Assembly (NCBI GenBank): GCA_963787105.1
Contig: CAWBBU010000012.1
Span: 48,774-112,773 of the forward strand
DNA: 64,000 nt
From: an uncultured Bacillota bacterium
GTDB lineage: Bacteria > Sysuimicrobiota > Sysuimicrobiia > Sysuimicrobiales > Segetimicrobiaceae
Reading direction: 5' to 3'
Shown here: piece after piece, positions 20,190-30,336 of the stretch
Layout of the letters: every line of letters begins with the position of its first letter
Numbering within the stretch: position 1 is the stretch's first letter
Position numbers and translations under genes: made by a program
Notes under the pieces: model-generated
What the model was told of the DNA's origin: nothing
What the model saw: the letters and a program-made list of their open reading frames with translations, nothing else
Databases searched by the model: none

Positions 20190-21148
20190 CGGGCGCGCTT
20201 CTGCGCGTCGGGACCCGCGGCAGCCAGCTCGCCCTTCGGCAGACCGGCCTGGTCATCGACGCCATCCGGCGGGTCGCGCCCGGGATTGAGCTCGAGACGA
20301 CGATCATCACCACCGCGGGCGACCGCGCGGTGGACGTCCCGCTCGAGCGCCTCGAGGGCGTCGGATTCTTTGCGAAAGAGCTCGAGGCCGCGCTCGTCGA
20401 CGGGCGCTGCGATCTTGCGGTGCACAGCGCCAAAGATCTTCCGACATTACTGCATCCGGATCTTACGCTCGGCGCCGTGCCGCGGCGGACGGAGCCGCGG
20501 GACGTCCTGATCTCGCGGGGCGGGGAACGGCTCGCGGAGCTGCCGCCGGGCGCGCGGGTGGGGACGAGCAGCCCCCGCCGGGCGGCGCAGCTCAGAGCAC
20601 GCCGCCCGGATCTTCGGCCGATGCCGATCCGCGGCAACCTCGACACCCGCCTCGCCAAGCTTGTGCGCGGCGATTGCGAGGCGCTGTGCGTCGCGGGTGC
20701 CGGCTTGGTGCGGATGGGATGGCAGGACCGCATCACCGAGTGGCTCGCGCCCTCGGTCATGCTGCCGGCTCCCGCGCAGGGTGCGCTCGCGGTGGAGATC
20801 CGCGGCGCGGACGTCGAGCTCCGGCGACTCTTGGCGCCGCTGGATGACGCGCCGACGCGTGAGGCCGTGGCGGCGGAGCGGGCGTTCCTCGGACGGCTCG
20901 GGAGCGGCTGCCGCGCGCCCGCCGCCGCGCTCGCGGAGGTGGGGCCGGCCGGGCTCGTACTCGAGGCGCTTGTCGCCCGCGAGGACGGGACCGCGGTGCG
21001 GCGCCACCGGAGCGGCGGTCCCGTGGGCTCGGCCGAGTGGCTCGGGATGGCGGTCGCGGACTATCTGCTGGCGCACGCCGGCGGCGTGCTCGTGGAGCTC
21101 GCGGGCGCGCACCGGACCCCGACGATCGGCGGGCTGGGCGCGCCGTGA
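20186..21148 (+). CDS. hemC: Hydroxymethylbilane synthase (porphobilinogen deaminase)
   Basis: The product reads LRVGTRGSQLALRQTGLVIDAI...FFAKELEAALVDGRCDLAVHSAKDLPT...GTSSPRRAAQL...IRGNLDTRLAKL. The GTG start overlaps the hemA stop. Confidence 0.9.
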   Translation: MTGALLRVGTRGSQLALRQTGLVIDAIRRVAPGIELETTIITTAGDRAVDVPLERLEGVGFFAKELEAALVDGRCDLAVHSAKDLPTLLHPDLTLGAVPRRTEPRDVLISRGGERLAELPPGARVGTSSPRRAAQLRARRPDLRPMPIRGNLDTRLAKLVRGDCEALCVAGAGLVRMGWQDRITEWLAPSVMLPAPAQGALAVEIRGADVELRRLLAPLDDAPTREAVAAERAFLGRLGSGCRAPAAALAEVGPAGLVLEALVAREDGTAVRRHRSGGPVGSAEWLGMAVADYLLAHAGGVLVELAGAHRTPTIGGLGAP

Positions 21149-21954
21149 GCACCGCGTCCGGGCCGCTCGCGGGCCGGCGGATCCTCATCACGCGGGCACG
21201 TGAGCAGGCGGGAACCCTGCGCACGCTCCTCGAGGCCGACGGAGCCGAGGTGCTCGAGTTTCCGACGATCCGGGTGGAGCCGCCGGACGAATTTGGGCCC
21301 CTCGACCACGCGATCGCGGAGCTCGATCGATACGGGTGGGTCGTGTTCACCAGCCGGAACGCAGTGCGGGCGGTTTGCGACCGGCTGCGGCAGGTGGGGC
21401 AAGGGCCGTCGGCGCTCGGACGCGCGAAGCTCGCGGCGATCGGGCCGGGCACGGCCGAGGCGCTGCGGGAGGTGGGGCTCCGCGTCGATCTGGCACCCGG
21501 CGAGTACGTGGCGGAAGCGCTCCTGGACGCGTTTCAGGGCGTGGAGCTGGGCGGGGTTGCAGTACTGCTGCCGCGCGCGGCCAGTGCCCGCGGGGTGCTG
21601 CCCGAGGGACTTCGCGCCCAGGGCGCCGCGGTGGATGTCGTCGCGGCCTACCGCACCGTCGTGGAGCGGGATCATGCCCCCGAGGTCCGGCGGCGTCTCG
21701 AGACGGAACGGGTGGACGCGGTCACGTTCACGAGCTCGTCGACGGTGGCGCACTTCGTCGAGCTGCTGGCCGGTGACGTCGAGCGGGTCGTGGGTGCGGC
21801 GCTCATCGCCTGCATCGGACCGGTCACGGCGGCGACCGCGCGTGCGCTGGGACTGCGCGTCGCGGTGGTCGCGACAGACTACACGATCCCGGGGCTGGTC
21901 GCGGCGCTGCGCGACGCCTTGACCGGCGCGGCCCGCACGTCCGCGGGCGGCTGA
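21145..21954 (+). CDS. hemD: Uroporphyrinogen-III synthase
   Basis: HemD-like fold motifs are present (GRRILITRAREQAGTLRTLLEADGAEVLEFPTIRVEPP...VVFTSRNAVRA). The GTGA start overlaps the hemC stop. Confidence 0.75.
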   Translation: MSTASGPLAGRRILITRAREQAGTLRTLLEADGAEVLEFPTIRVEPPDEFGPLDHAIAELDRYGWVVFTSRNAVRAVCDRLRQVGQGPSALGRAKLAAIGPGTAEALREVGLRVDLAPGEYVAEALLDAFQGVELGGVAVLLPRAASARGVLPEGLRAQGAAVDVVAAYRTVVERDHAPEVRRRLETERVDAVTFTSSSTVAHFVELLAGDVERVVGAALIACIGPVTAATARALGLRVAVVATDYTIPGLVAALRDALTGAARTSAGG

Positions 21955-21983
21955 GCGCCGTCCGCGAGAGGAGGAGTACCGCG

Positions 21984-22964
21984 ATGTCGTTTCCGCAATC
22001 CCGGCTGCGCCGCCTTCGGCGCACGCCGACGCTGCGCGCGATGGTGCGCGAGACGGTGCTGGACCCGACCGACCTGATCGCTCCGCTGTTTGTGAAGGAA
22101 GGACTGTCCCGGCCGGTTCCGCTTGAGGCGCTGCCCGGACAACAGCAGCACACGCTCGGGAGCCTCGTCGAAGCGTGCGGGCGTCTCGCGGAACACGGGG
22201 TGCCGGGCGTCATGTTGTTTGGGATCCCCGCGCGCAAGGACGAGGACGGCTCGGCGGCGTGGGACCCGGACGGCATCGTCCAGCAGGCGGCCCGGCGGCT
22301 GCGCGCGGAGACCGGGGACCGGCTCGCGCTGATCGCGGACCTGTGCATGTGTGAGTACACCGCCCACGGCCACTGCGGCGTGCTGCGCGGCGAGGCGGTC
22401 GACAACGATGCGACGCTCGCCGCGTACGGGCGGATCGCGGTGTCCTATGCCGAGGCCGGATTCGACATCGTGGCGCCATCCGGCATGATGGACGGCCAGG
22501 TGGGGACGATCCGCCGGGCCCTCGACGACGCGGGATACCCGGACGTGGCGATCCTGGCCTACGCGGCCAAGTACGCGTCGGCGTTCTTTGAGCCGTTCCG
22601 GCACGCCGCGGAGTCCGCGCCGCGGTTCGGCGACCGGCGGTCGTACCAGATGGATCCGGCCAACGTCGAGGAGGCGCTGCGCGAGGTGCGATGCGACATC
22701 GAGGAGGGCTGCGACCTCGTCATGGTCAAGCCGGCCCTCCCGTACCTTGACGTGCTGAGCCGCGTCAAGGCCGCGTTCGGCATGCCGACCGCGGCCTACC
22801 ATACGAGCGGGGAGTACGCCATGCTGAAGGCGGCCGCGGCACAGGGGTGGCTCGATGAGGACCGTGCGATGCTGGAACTGCTCGTCTCGATCCGGCGCGC
22901 CGGTGCCGATTTGATCCTGACATACTGCGCGGGCGCCGCCGCGGAACGGCTGCGCCGCGGATGA
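21984..22964 (+). CDS. hemB: Porphobilinogen synthase (delta-aminolevulinate dehydratase)
   Basis: The product includes RLRRLRRTPTLRAMVRETVLDPTDLIAPLFVKEG...DLCMCEYTAHGHCG...VAPSGMMDGQVGTIR...AYAAKYASAFFEPFR. Confidence 0.9.
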   Translation: MSFPQSRLRRLRRTPTLRAMVRETVLDPTDLIAPLFVKEGLSRPVPLEALPGQQQHTLGSLVEACGRLAEHGVPGVMLFGIPARKDEDGSAAWDPDGIVQQAARRLRAETGDRLALIADLCMCEYTAHGHCGVLRGEAVDNDATLAAYGRIAVSYAEAGFDIVAPSGMMDGQVGTIRRALDDAGYPDVAILAYAAKYASAFFEPFRHAAESAPRFGDRRSYQMDPANVEEALREVRCDIEEGCDLVMVKPALPYLDVLSRVKAAFGMPTAAYHTSGEYAMLKAAAAQGWLDEDRAMLELLVSIRRAGADLILTYCAGAAAERLRRG

Positions 22965-24298
22965 CCGACGGGGGCGGGACGGACGTGCGGGCGATGAGCT
23001 CGGAAGCGCTGTATGCCGAGGCGTGCCGGCTGATGCCCGCCGGCGTGAACAGCCCGGTGCGGGCGTATGGGGCCGTCGGCGGCACGCCGCCGTTTGTGGC
23101 GCGGGGCGCCGGCTCCCGGGTCTGGGACGTCGACGGCCATGAATACGTGGACTATGTCGGGTCGTGGGGGCCGCTCATCGCCGGCCACGCGCATCCGGCC
23201 GTGGTGCGGGGCGTGATCGAAACCGCGTCGCTCGGCAGCAGCTTCGGCGCGCCGACCCCGCTCGAGGTCGCCCTGGCGCGCGCGGTGATCGATGCGGTGC
23301 CGTCGATGGAGCGGATCCGAATGGTGAGCTCGGGCACCGAGGCGACGATGAGCGCGCTCCGGCTGTCGCGCGCCGCGACGGGCCGGCGGCTTGTCGTGAA
23401 GTTCGATGGATGTTACCACGGCCATGTCGATTCACTCTTGGCCCGCGCCGGCTCCGGGGTGCTGACGTTCGCGCGGGCGGCGGTCGAGGGCGGCGCGTCG
23501 CCCGACAGCGTGCCGTCGAGCGCCGGCGTGCCGCCGGAGGTGGCGGCGCTCACCCTCGTGGTGCCGTTCAACGACCCCGAGACGCTCCGCGCGTTGTTCG
23601 AGGCGCGCGGCTCAGAGATCGCGTCGGTGATCGTCGAGCCGATCCCCGGGAACATGGGCGTCGTGCTGCCGCGCGCCGGTTTCCTGGAGCTCTTGCGCGA
23701 CGTGTGCCGGGACGCCGGGGCGCTCTTGATCTTTGATGAGGTGATCACCGGATTCCGGGTGGGGCGGGGGGGCGCGCAGGCGCGCTACGGGGTGCGTCCG
23801 GACCTCACGTGTCTCGGTAAAGTGATCGGCGGCGGGTTCCCCGTCGGTGCTTACGGGGGACGCGAGGACGTGATGCGCCAGATCGCGCCGCTCGGGCCGG
23901 TGTATCAAGCGGGGACGCTGTCCGGCAACCCGGTCGCGATGCGCGCGGGCCTCGAGACCCTGCGGCTGCTGGATGAGGCGGCATACCGGCATCTCGACGA
24001 GCTCGGGGCCGCGCTCGCGGACGGCCTCGCGTCCGCCGCCCGCCGCGCCGAGACCCCGCTCGTCGTGAATCGCGTCGGGTCGATGCTGACGCCCTTCTTT
24101 ACGGATGCGCCGGTGACCGACGTCGCGTCGGCACAGCGCGCGGACGCCGGCCGGTACGCGCGCTTTTTTCACGGGCTCCGCAGCCGCGGCGTGATGGTGC
24201 CGCCGTCGCAGTTCGAGGCGTGGTTCGTCTCGTTGGCTCATACCGACGCGGACGTCCGGCAAACCGTCGACGCCGCCGCCCTCGCGTTCCGCGCCTGA
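22961..24298 (+). CDS. hemL: Glutamate-1-semialdehyde 2,1-aminomutase
   Basis: The product includes SEALYAEACRLMPAGVNSPVRAY...YVDYVGSWGPLIAGHAHPAVV...LIFDEVITGFRVGRGGAQ..GKVIGGGFPVGAYGGR. Confidence 0.9.
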   Translation: MTDGGGTDVRAMSSEALYAEACRLMPAGVNSPVRAYGAVGGTPPFVARGAGSRVWDVDGHEYVDYVGSWGPLIAGHAHPAVVRGVIETASLGSSFGAPTPLEVALARAVIDAVPSMERIRMVSSGTEATMSALRLSRAATGRRLVVKFDGCYHGHVDSLLARAGSGVLTFARAAVEGGASPDSVPSSAGVPPEVAALTLVVPFNDPETLRALFEARGSEIASVIVEPIPGNMGVVLPRAGFLELLRDVCRDAGALLIFDEVITGFRVGRGGAQARYGVRPDLTCLGKVIGGGFPVGAYGGREDVMRQIAPLGPVYQAGTLSGNPVAMRAGLETLRLLDEAAYRHLDELGAALADGLASAARRAETPLVVNRVGSMLTPFFTDAPVTDVASAQRADAGRYARFFHGLRSRGVMVPPSQFEAWFVSLAHTDADVRQTVDAAALAFRA

Positions 24299-24313
24299 CG
24301 CGGCCGCTCCGGC

Positions 24314-24871
24314 GTGACGCTTTCAATTTTTAGCTGGATCATCGATCTGTGCTGGCTCGGTCTTCTCGCCTATCTGATTGCGGCCGCGAGGGGCGTGAAG
24401 CCGGACGCCCGCGCGCGCCCGGGGCAGAGCGTCGGTCTGCTGATTGCCGTGCTCGTCGCCTTCGCGCTTCCGTCTCTCCCGGTCTTCCATGTCCTCCACA
24501 CCGCCTCCGCGGACCCGGTGGTGCGCGGCGTCGGCGTCGCCCTGTGCGGGGCCGGCATCGGAATCCTCGTCTGGGGGCGGCGACATCTCGGGCGGAATTG
24601 GAGCCAGACGGTCACGACCAAGGAGGGCCACGAACTGGTCACGTCGGGTCCCTACCGCTACATTCGGCATCCGATATACGCCGGGGGCCTGCTCGCATGC
24701 GCCGGCTCGGTGCTGGGCGGAGGCGGCGTGTGGATCGTCCCGCTCGTCATCCTCGGGGCCATATTTCTCTGGCGAGTCGGCGCCGAAGACGCGCTCATGG
24801 CACGGATGTTTCCGGAGGACTATCCTGCCTACAAACACCGGACGAAGGCGCTGATCCCGTTCGTCTGGTGA
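24314..24871 (+). CDS. Isoprenylcysteine carboxyl methyltransferase (ICMT)/phospholipid methyltransferase-family membrane protein
   Basis: The product includes GRRHLGRNWSQTVTTKEGHELVTSGPYRYIRHPIYAGGLL...LWRVGAEDALMARMFPEDYPAYKHRT. Confidence 0.7.
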   Translation: MTLSIFSWIIDLCWLGLLAYLIAAARGVKPDARARPGQSVGLLIAVLVAFALPSLPVFHVLHTASADPVVRGVGVALCGAGIGILVWGRRHLGRNWSQTVTTKEGHELVTSGPYRYIRHPIYAGGLLACAGSVLGGGGVWIVPLVILGAIFLWRVGAEDALMARMFPEDYPAYKHRTKALIPFVW

Positions 24872-24983
24872 TCCTCGTGCCGCGCGCGCGTCCGCCTGGC
24901 ATCGGACGTCGGCGGGGCGCGCCCGCGGACGGCACCGTCCCCGGCCGGGCATAGCCCGGGCCGCCCGGTCGTTCTTCCGGTCG

Positions 24984-25703
24984 GTGACCGAGATGCCGAT
25001 GCGCGCCCTGATCATCATGCCCGTCTACAACGAAGCGCCCACCGTGGCCCAGGTGCTCGATGAGGTGCGGCGGCACACGGACGCGGACATCCTCGTCGTC
25101 AACGACGGGTCGACCGATGGGTCGGGGGAGATTCTGGCGCGGTATCTGCCGGCGATCGAAATCCTGACGCACGCGCAGAATGAGGGGTACGGGCAGTCGC
25201 TGATCGACGGCTTTCGGTTTGCCGTCTCGCGCGGCTTCGAGGCCGCCGTCACGATTGACTGCGACCTGCAGCACGAACCGCGGATGATCCCCCAGTTTCT
25301 CGAGCGCCTCCCCGGGTTCGATATCGTGTCCGGCAGCCGGTATCATCGTGATGAGCCGCCGGGGCAGGACGAGGCTCCGGCCGACCGGCGGCGTCTCAAC
25401 GAGGAGATCACCCGGATCATCAACGAACTCACGGGATATCACCTCACCGACGCATGGTGCGGCTTCAAGGCGTACCGGGTCCCCGGATTGGCGCAGATGC
25501 GCCTCGACGAGCGGAGCTACGGGCTGCCGCTGCAGGTCTGGCTGCAGGCCGCGCGCCTCGGCCTAACCGTGACGGAGATTCCGGTCCCGCGGATCTACAA
25601 GAACCCCGACCGGCGGTTCTGGGGCGGGCTCGACGATCCCGAGACCCGGCGCACGTACTACCTTGCGATCATCGACCGTGAGATGAGCCGGGCGAGCCTG
25701 TAG
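24984..25703 (+). CDS. Family 2 glycosyltransferase (polyprenol-phosphate sugar synthase-like)
   Basis: The product includes ALIIMPVYNEAPTVAQVLDEVRRHTDADILVVNDGSTDGSGEIL...VTIDCDLQHEP...VSGSRY. Confidence 0.75.
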   Translation: MTEMPMRALIIMPVYNEAPTVAQVLDEVRRHTDADILVVNDGSTDGSGEILARYLPAIEILTHAQNEGYGQSLIDGFRFAVSRGFEAAVTIDCDLQHEPRMIPQFLERLPGFDIVSGSRYHRDEPPGQDEAPADRRRLNEEITRIINELTGYHLTDAWCGFKAYRVPGLAQMRLDERSYGLPLQVWLQAARLGLTVTEIPVPRIYKNPDRRFWGGLDDPETRRTYYLAIIDREMSRASL

Positions 25704-25788
25704 GCCGTTGCCGGCGGTTCCAGCGGGCAGGCGGGGAACGTGCGCGTCCGCGGTTGGCGATGCGATGCGCGCGTGATGGGGGGAAGCG

Positions 25789-26508
25789 ATGGCGGAAGAC
25801 AGGAAGGTCGCGGTCGTGACCGGCGGAAACCGCGGGCTCGGCCTCGAGACGTGCCGGCAGCTCGCCGAACGCGGGTACCGGGTCGTGCTCGGCAGCCGCG
25901 ACCTGTCGAAAGGCACCGCCGCGGCGGCGCCGCTCACGGAGCGCGGCCTTGCGGTGGTGCCGATCGCGCTCGACGTCACCGACGCGGCCGATCTCGACCG
26001 ACGCTGCGCCGAGATCACGGCGCGCTTCGGCCGCGTGGACGTGCTCGTCAACAACGCCGGCGTCTCGCTGGACCCCGGGCGCAATGTGCTCGAGGTCGAG
26101 GTCGACACGTTTCGTGCCACGATGGAAACCAACTTCTACGCTCCGCTCCGCCTGTGCCAGTTGATCGTCCCGGAGATGGTGCGCCACGGCTACGGGCGCG
26201 TCGTGAACGTGTCGTCGCGGTTGGGCCAGCTGACGACCATGGGGGAAGGGACGCAGGTCCGCTCGCCCGCCTACGCCGTCAGCAAGGCCGCGCTGAATGC
26301 GCTGACCCGGCTCGTCGCGGTCTCCGCGAAGGAGACGAACGTGCTCGTGAACTCCGCGGCGCCCGGGTGGGTGCGAACGGATATGGGCGGGCCGGCCGCG
26401 ACGCGGTCCGTGGAAGAAGGGGTCGACACGATCGTATGGCTGGCCACGCTGCCGGACGGCGGGCCGTCCGGGCAGTTCTTTTACGACCGCGCCTCGATCC
26501 CATGGTAG
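25789..26508 (+). CDS. Short-chain dehydrogenase/reductase (carbonyl-reductase-like)
   Basis: The product includes KVAVVTGGNRGLGLETCRQLAERGYRVVLGSRD...NNAGV...SSRLG...YAVSKAALN. Confidence 0.8.
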   Translation: MAEDRKVAVVTGGNRGLGLETCRQLAERGYRVVLGSRDLSKGTAAAAPLTERGLAVVPIALDVTDAADLDRRCAEITARFGRVDVLVNNAGVSLDPGRNVLEVEVDTFRATMETNFYAPLRLCQLIVPEMVRHGYGRVVNVSSRLGQLTTMGEGTQVRSPAYAVSKAALNALTRLVAVSAKETNVLVNSAAPGWVRTDMGGPAATRSVEEGVDTIVWLATLPDGGPSGQFFYDRASIPW

Positions 26509-26582
26509 CGGCGCGTCGTCGAGGCACGCCGTGTACCGCGGGGATGCGGCGCGGGCGGCCCGCATCCCGGTGAGGTGAGCGG

Positions 26583-27266
26583 ATGGCAGAATTTCTCGTG
26601 ATCGGGTCTCATCCCGACGACGCTGAGATCGGGATGGGCGGCACGGTGGCGGCGCTCGGAGACCAGGGGCACCGGGTCACGCTGCTGGATCTGACGAACG
26701 GCGAGCCGACGCCGATGGGCACCCCGGAGCGGCGCCGGGCGGAGAGTGAAGCCGCCGCCCAGGTGCTCGGCGTCGCGCAGCGGATCACGCTGCCGCTGCC
26801 GAACCGCTATCTGATGGACACCGTCGAGAACCGGACCGCGGTGGCGGAGGTGATCCGGGACGTCCGCCCGGCGATTTTGTTTATCCCCTACTGGGTCGAC
26901 GCGCACCCCGATCACCTCGCGGCGGAACGGCTCTCCGAAGCGGCCCGGTTCTACGGGAAACTGACGAAGACCGAGATGCGGGGCGAGCCCTTCTACGTGC
27001 CCCGCATTTTACATTTCTTCTGTTCGCACTACCGTCTGCACGTCGAGCCCGCATTCGTGCTCGATATCTCCGGCCAGATCGACCGAAAGCTCGACGCCAT
27101 CGCCTGCTACCGGTCCCAATTTAATGAAGACCGGGGCAACCTCGGGGCGCTCGGCAATATCCGCGTCGTCAACCAATATTGGGGCAGCCGCATTCGCTGC
27201 GCCTACGGCGAGCCGTTTGCGAGCAAAGAAGCGATCGGCCTCCGTACGCTGGGAGACCTCTTGTGA
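26583..27266 (+). CDS. PIG-L/LmbE-family N-acetylglucosaminyl deacetylase (BshB-like)
   Basis: The signature start is MAEFLVIGSHPDDAEIGMGGTVAAL...ILFIPYWVDAHPDHLAAERLSEAARFYGKL. Confidence 0.75.
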   Translation: MAEFLVIGSHPDDAEIGMGGTVAALGDQGHRVTLLDLTNGEPTPMGTPERRRAESEAAAQVLGVAQRITLPLPNRYLMDTVENRTAVAEVIRDVRPAILFIPYWVDAHPDHLAAERLSEAARFYGKLTKTEMRGEPFYVPRILHFFCSHYRLHVEPAFVLDISGQIDRKLDAIACYRSQFNEDRGNLGALGNIRVVNQYWGSRIRCAYGEPFASKEAIGLRTLGDLL

Positions 27267-28832
27267 GTGCCGACCCGTCGTCCGCCGCGACGCTCGACTA
27301 CGCGATCCCGGAGCGCTCCGGTGAGACGCTGATCGTCCCGCCGCTCGAGCGGGTCCCGGCGCTCCTGACCGAGAGCCGCGCGGTCCGGTGGGAGGGCGCG
27401 GATGTCCTGGGCGTGCCCCTCGGGGAGTTCCGGCGTCGGACGCGGGCCCGTGCGCTCGCCCTCGCCGGTGAGTACACGGGGACGGCGGTCCCGGACGACA
27501 CGCGACCGCTCGTGGTGATGGGCCACCAGCCCGTGTTATTCCATCCGGGCGTGTGGTTCAAATATCTCTTGCTGACGCGCATCACGGGCGCGACGGAGGC
27601 GTTGGGGTTGCACTTGATCGTCGACACCGACGCCACCGGGCCGGTCGGGGCCGACGTGCCCGACGAGCACGATCGGCTCGTCCGCGCGCACGAGACCCTG
27701 GTCGATCTCGAGGCCGATGTCCCGCTCGAGGCCGCGCCGGTCCCTGACGCGGCCGCGTGGCGCGGGTTCGTCGAGCGCATGCGCGCGCATCTCACGACCG
27801 TGCGGCTTCCGTCTCTCGCGGCCCGCTTCGACGCGTGGGCCGACGGCGCCGTCGACGCGGGGGCCGCTCACCTCGCTCGGCACGTGGCTCGCGCGGATGC
27901 GGCGGCGGTACGAGGCGCGGGCGGGGGCGCCGGGCTATCTCGAACTCCCGATGTCACGGCTCGCGGACACCCCCGAGTTTCGCGCATTCGCGCTCCATCT
28001 GCTGCGCGCGCCGGATGACCTCCTCGGCACGTACAACGGCCAGCTCGAGGCCTACCGCGCGGCCCACCGTCTGCGCTCGTCGGCGAACCCGTTTCCGAAT
28101 CTGACGACCGCCGCCGGCCGGGTCGAGGCGCCGTTTTGGGTGGTGCGCGGCGGCCGCCGACGGGAGCTTCAGGTGTCGCGCGCGGATGGACGTCTCGTGC
28201 TGACGGTCGGATCCGAGACGATCGCGACGATACCGGCCGACGCGTCGGGCGTCGAGGCCCTCGCGGAGCAGGGCGTGGCCCTGCGACCCAAGGCGATCGC
28301 GCTCACGATGTTCGCGCGGCTGTGCCTCGGGGATTTGTTCGTCCACGGCGTCGGCGGCGGTCGGTACGACCGTGTGACCGATGCGATCGCCGAGGAACTG
28401 TTTGGCTGCCGTCCCTCCCCGTATCTGGTGGCGACCGCGACGCTCCACCTGCCGCTCGCGGCGGAAGCGGCCGGCGCGGAGCGCCGCGCGCTCGAGCGGC
28501 GCTTGATCGACCTCCGCCACAACCCCGACCGCTATCTCGACGGGGCCACCGACGCGCAGCGGCGCTTCGTCGACGAGAAGTGGGAGCTGATCCGGGCGGT
28601 CGACACGATGCGTCCGGGACCGGACCGGCGCGCGGCGACCCGCAGGATCCGTGGGATCAACGAGGCGCTCGCAGCGGATCTGGCCGCGGAGGTCGCGGGG
28701 GTGGAAGCCCGGCTCGTCGGGCTCGGCGCGTCCGACGGCGAGAGCGCAGCCGAGTCCCGAGACTACCCGTACATGCTCTTCGATCCCGCCGACGTCGCCG
28801 CGCTCACCGGAGCGTCCCAGTCGCCGGCCTGA
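27263..28832 (+). CDS. Putative bacillithiol biosynthesis cysteine-adding enzyme BshC-like protein, with a frameshift near 27880
   Basis: The GTG start overlaps the deacetylase stop. VVMGHQPVLFHPGVWFKYLL matches the BshC GGQQAGLLTGPMYTxxK signature region. The protein has a long alpha-helical C-terminal half. It is only continuous when two overlapping ORF-track frames (27179-28018 and 27717-28832) are joined. Confidence 0.45.
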
Positions 28833-28846
28833 GCGGACAGGGCCCC

Positions 28847-29563
28847 ATGCCGGGTCCCGCCCTCGCGGCCGACGGCGTCTCTCGATCGTACGGACGCGAG
28901 CGGGTCCTCCGCGGCGCCACGCTCGCCGTCGAGCCGGGTGGCGGCCTCGCGATCCTCGGGCCGAACGGGTCCGGCAAGTCGACGTTGCTGCGGGTGCTCG
29001 CGGCCTCACTGCGCCCCTCGGAGGGGCGCGTCGAAGTCCACGCCCGTGATCCGTTCGTGGATCCCGACGCGCGACGCGCGATCGGGTTCGTGGGGCACGA
29101 GCCGATGTTGTACGGCGGTCTGTCCGCGATCGAGAATCTCCGTCTGTTCGCGGCCCTCTACGGCGTCGTCGACACGCGCGCACGGGCCGCGTGGGCGTGC
29201 GACCTCGTCGGCCTGCGCCGCCGCGACGAGCCCGTGCGCGTCCTCTCGCGCGGCCTCATGCTCCGGGCGGCCCTCGCGCGGGCGATCGTGCACCGGCCGA
29301 CGATCCTGCTGCTCGACGAAGCACTGAGCGGCCTCGATCTTGACGCCGCGGCCCGCGTGACCGAATTTCTCTTGGCGTTTCGCCGCGACGGCGGCGCCAT
29401 CGTGTTCGCCACGCATCACCCGCGCGAGGCCCTGCGCGTCGCCGACCGCGCCCACGTGCTCGTGCGCGGTCGGCTCGGCCCCGCGCAGCCGCTCGATGGG
29501 ATGGACGCCGCCGCCCTCGAGACCTGGTATCGCGCGGCCGCCGGCAGCGGGGACCTGCGGTGA
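28847..29563 (+). CDS. ccmA: ABC transporter ATP-binding protein, heme exporter CcmA-like
   Basis: Walker A is GPNGSGKSTLL. The signature motif is LSRGLMLRAALARAIV and Walker B is LLLDEALSGLD. Its size (about 238 aa) and pairing with a CcmB-like permease support the call. Confidence 0.6.
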   Translation: MPGPALAADGVSRSYGRERVLRGATLAVEPGGGLAILGPNGSGKSTLLRVLAASLRPSEGRVEVHARDPFVDPDARRAIGFVGHEPMLYGGLSAIENLRLFAALYGVVDTRARAAWACDLVGLRRRDEPVRVLSRGLMLRAALARAIVHRPTILLLDEALSGLDLDAAARVTEFLLAFRRDGGAIVFATHHPREALRVADRAHVLVRGRLGPAQPLDGMDAAALETWYRAAAGSGDLR

Positions 29564-30228
29564 AGACCGTGTGGCTGTTGGCGTGGAAGGACCTCGTGGT
29601 CGAGGCCCGCACGCGTGAGCTCGTGAGCTCGATGAGCCTCGTCGCGTTCCTCGCCGTCGTCATCCTGGGCGTGGCGGTGGGGGCCGATCCGGCGGCCGCG
29701 TCGGTCGTGACGCCCGCGGTGTTGTGGGTCACCGTGGCGTTCGGCGCGACGCTGGGGCTCGCACGCGCACACGCGCTTGAACAGGAGCGCGACGCGCTCA
29801 AGGGGATTCTGCTCACGCCCGTGAGCCGCGCCGAGGTGTTTCTCGGGAAGTGGGTCGCCAATCTGATCCTCATCCTGATCCTCCAGGCGGTCGTGGCCGT
29901 TGCGACCGCGGTGTTGATTAATCCCGAGGTCGCGCGGCACGGGCTCCTCATCGCGGCCTCCCTCGCGCTCGGCGCCGTGGGGTTCGCCGCGGTCGGGACG
30001 CTGCTCGGCACGATCACCTCGACGACGCGGCTGCGCGAGGTCCTGCTGCCGATTCTCTTGCTCCCGGTCGTGCTGCCCGTGGTGATCGTCTCGATCGCCG
30101 CGATTGCACTGGCCCTCGATGGAGCGGGATGGCGGGCGGTCGCCGGACCGCTCAAACTGCTGGCGGCGTACGACCTGGTCTACGTCATCCTTGGGGTGTG
30201 GCTGTTCGAGTACGTGGTGGGGGAGTGA
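29560..30228 (+). CDS. ccmB: Heme exporter permease CcmB-like (ABC-2 type, 6 TM)
   Basis: The product begins MKTVWLLAWKDLVVEARTRELVSSMSLVAFLAVVILG. It is 222 aa, polytopic, and the ATGA start overlaps the ccmA stop. Confidence 0.55.
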   Translation: MKTVWLLAWKDLVVEARTRELVSSMSLVAFLAVVILGVAVGADPAAASVVTPAVLWVTVAFGATLGLARAHALEQERDALKGILLTPVSRAEVFLGKWVANLILILILQAVVAVATAVLINPEVARHGLLIAASLALGAVGFAAVGTLLGTITSTTRLREVLLPILLLPVVLPVVIVSIAAIALALDGAGWRAVAGPLKLLAAYDLVYVILGVWLFEYVVGE

Positions 30229-30336
30229 GGCACGCGCGGACAGGACCTGTCCGACGCGCGGCGAACCCTGGTCGGCATCGACCGGCGGCCCCCCATCCGG
30301 CCAGCTCGGCACGCGACTCGCGGAGGTGATGCAGGC

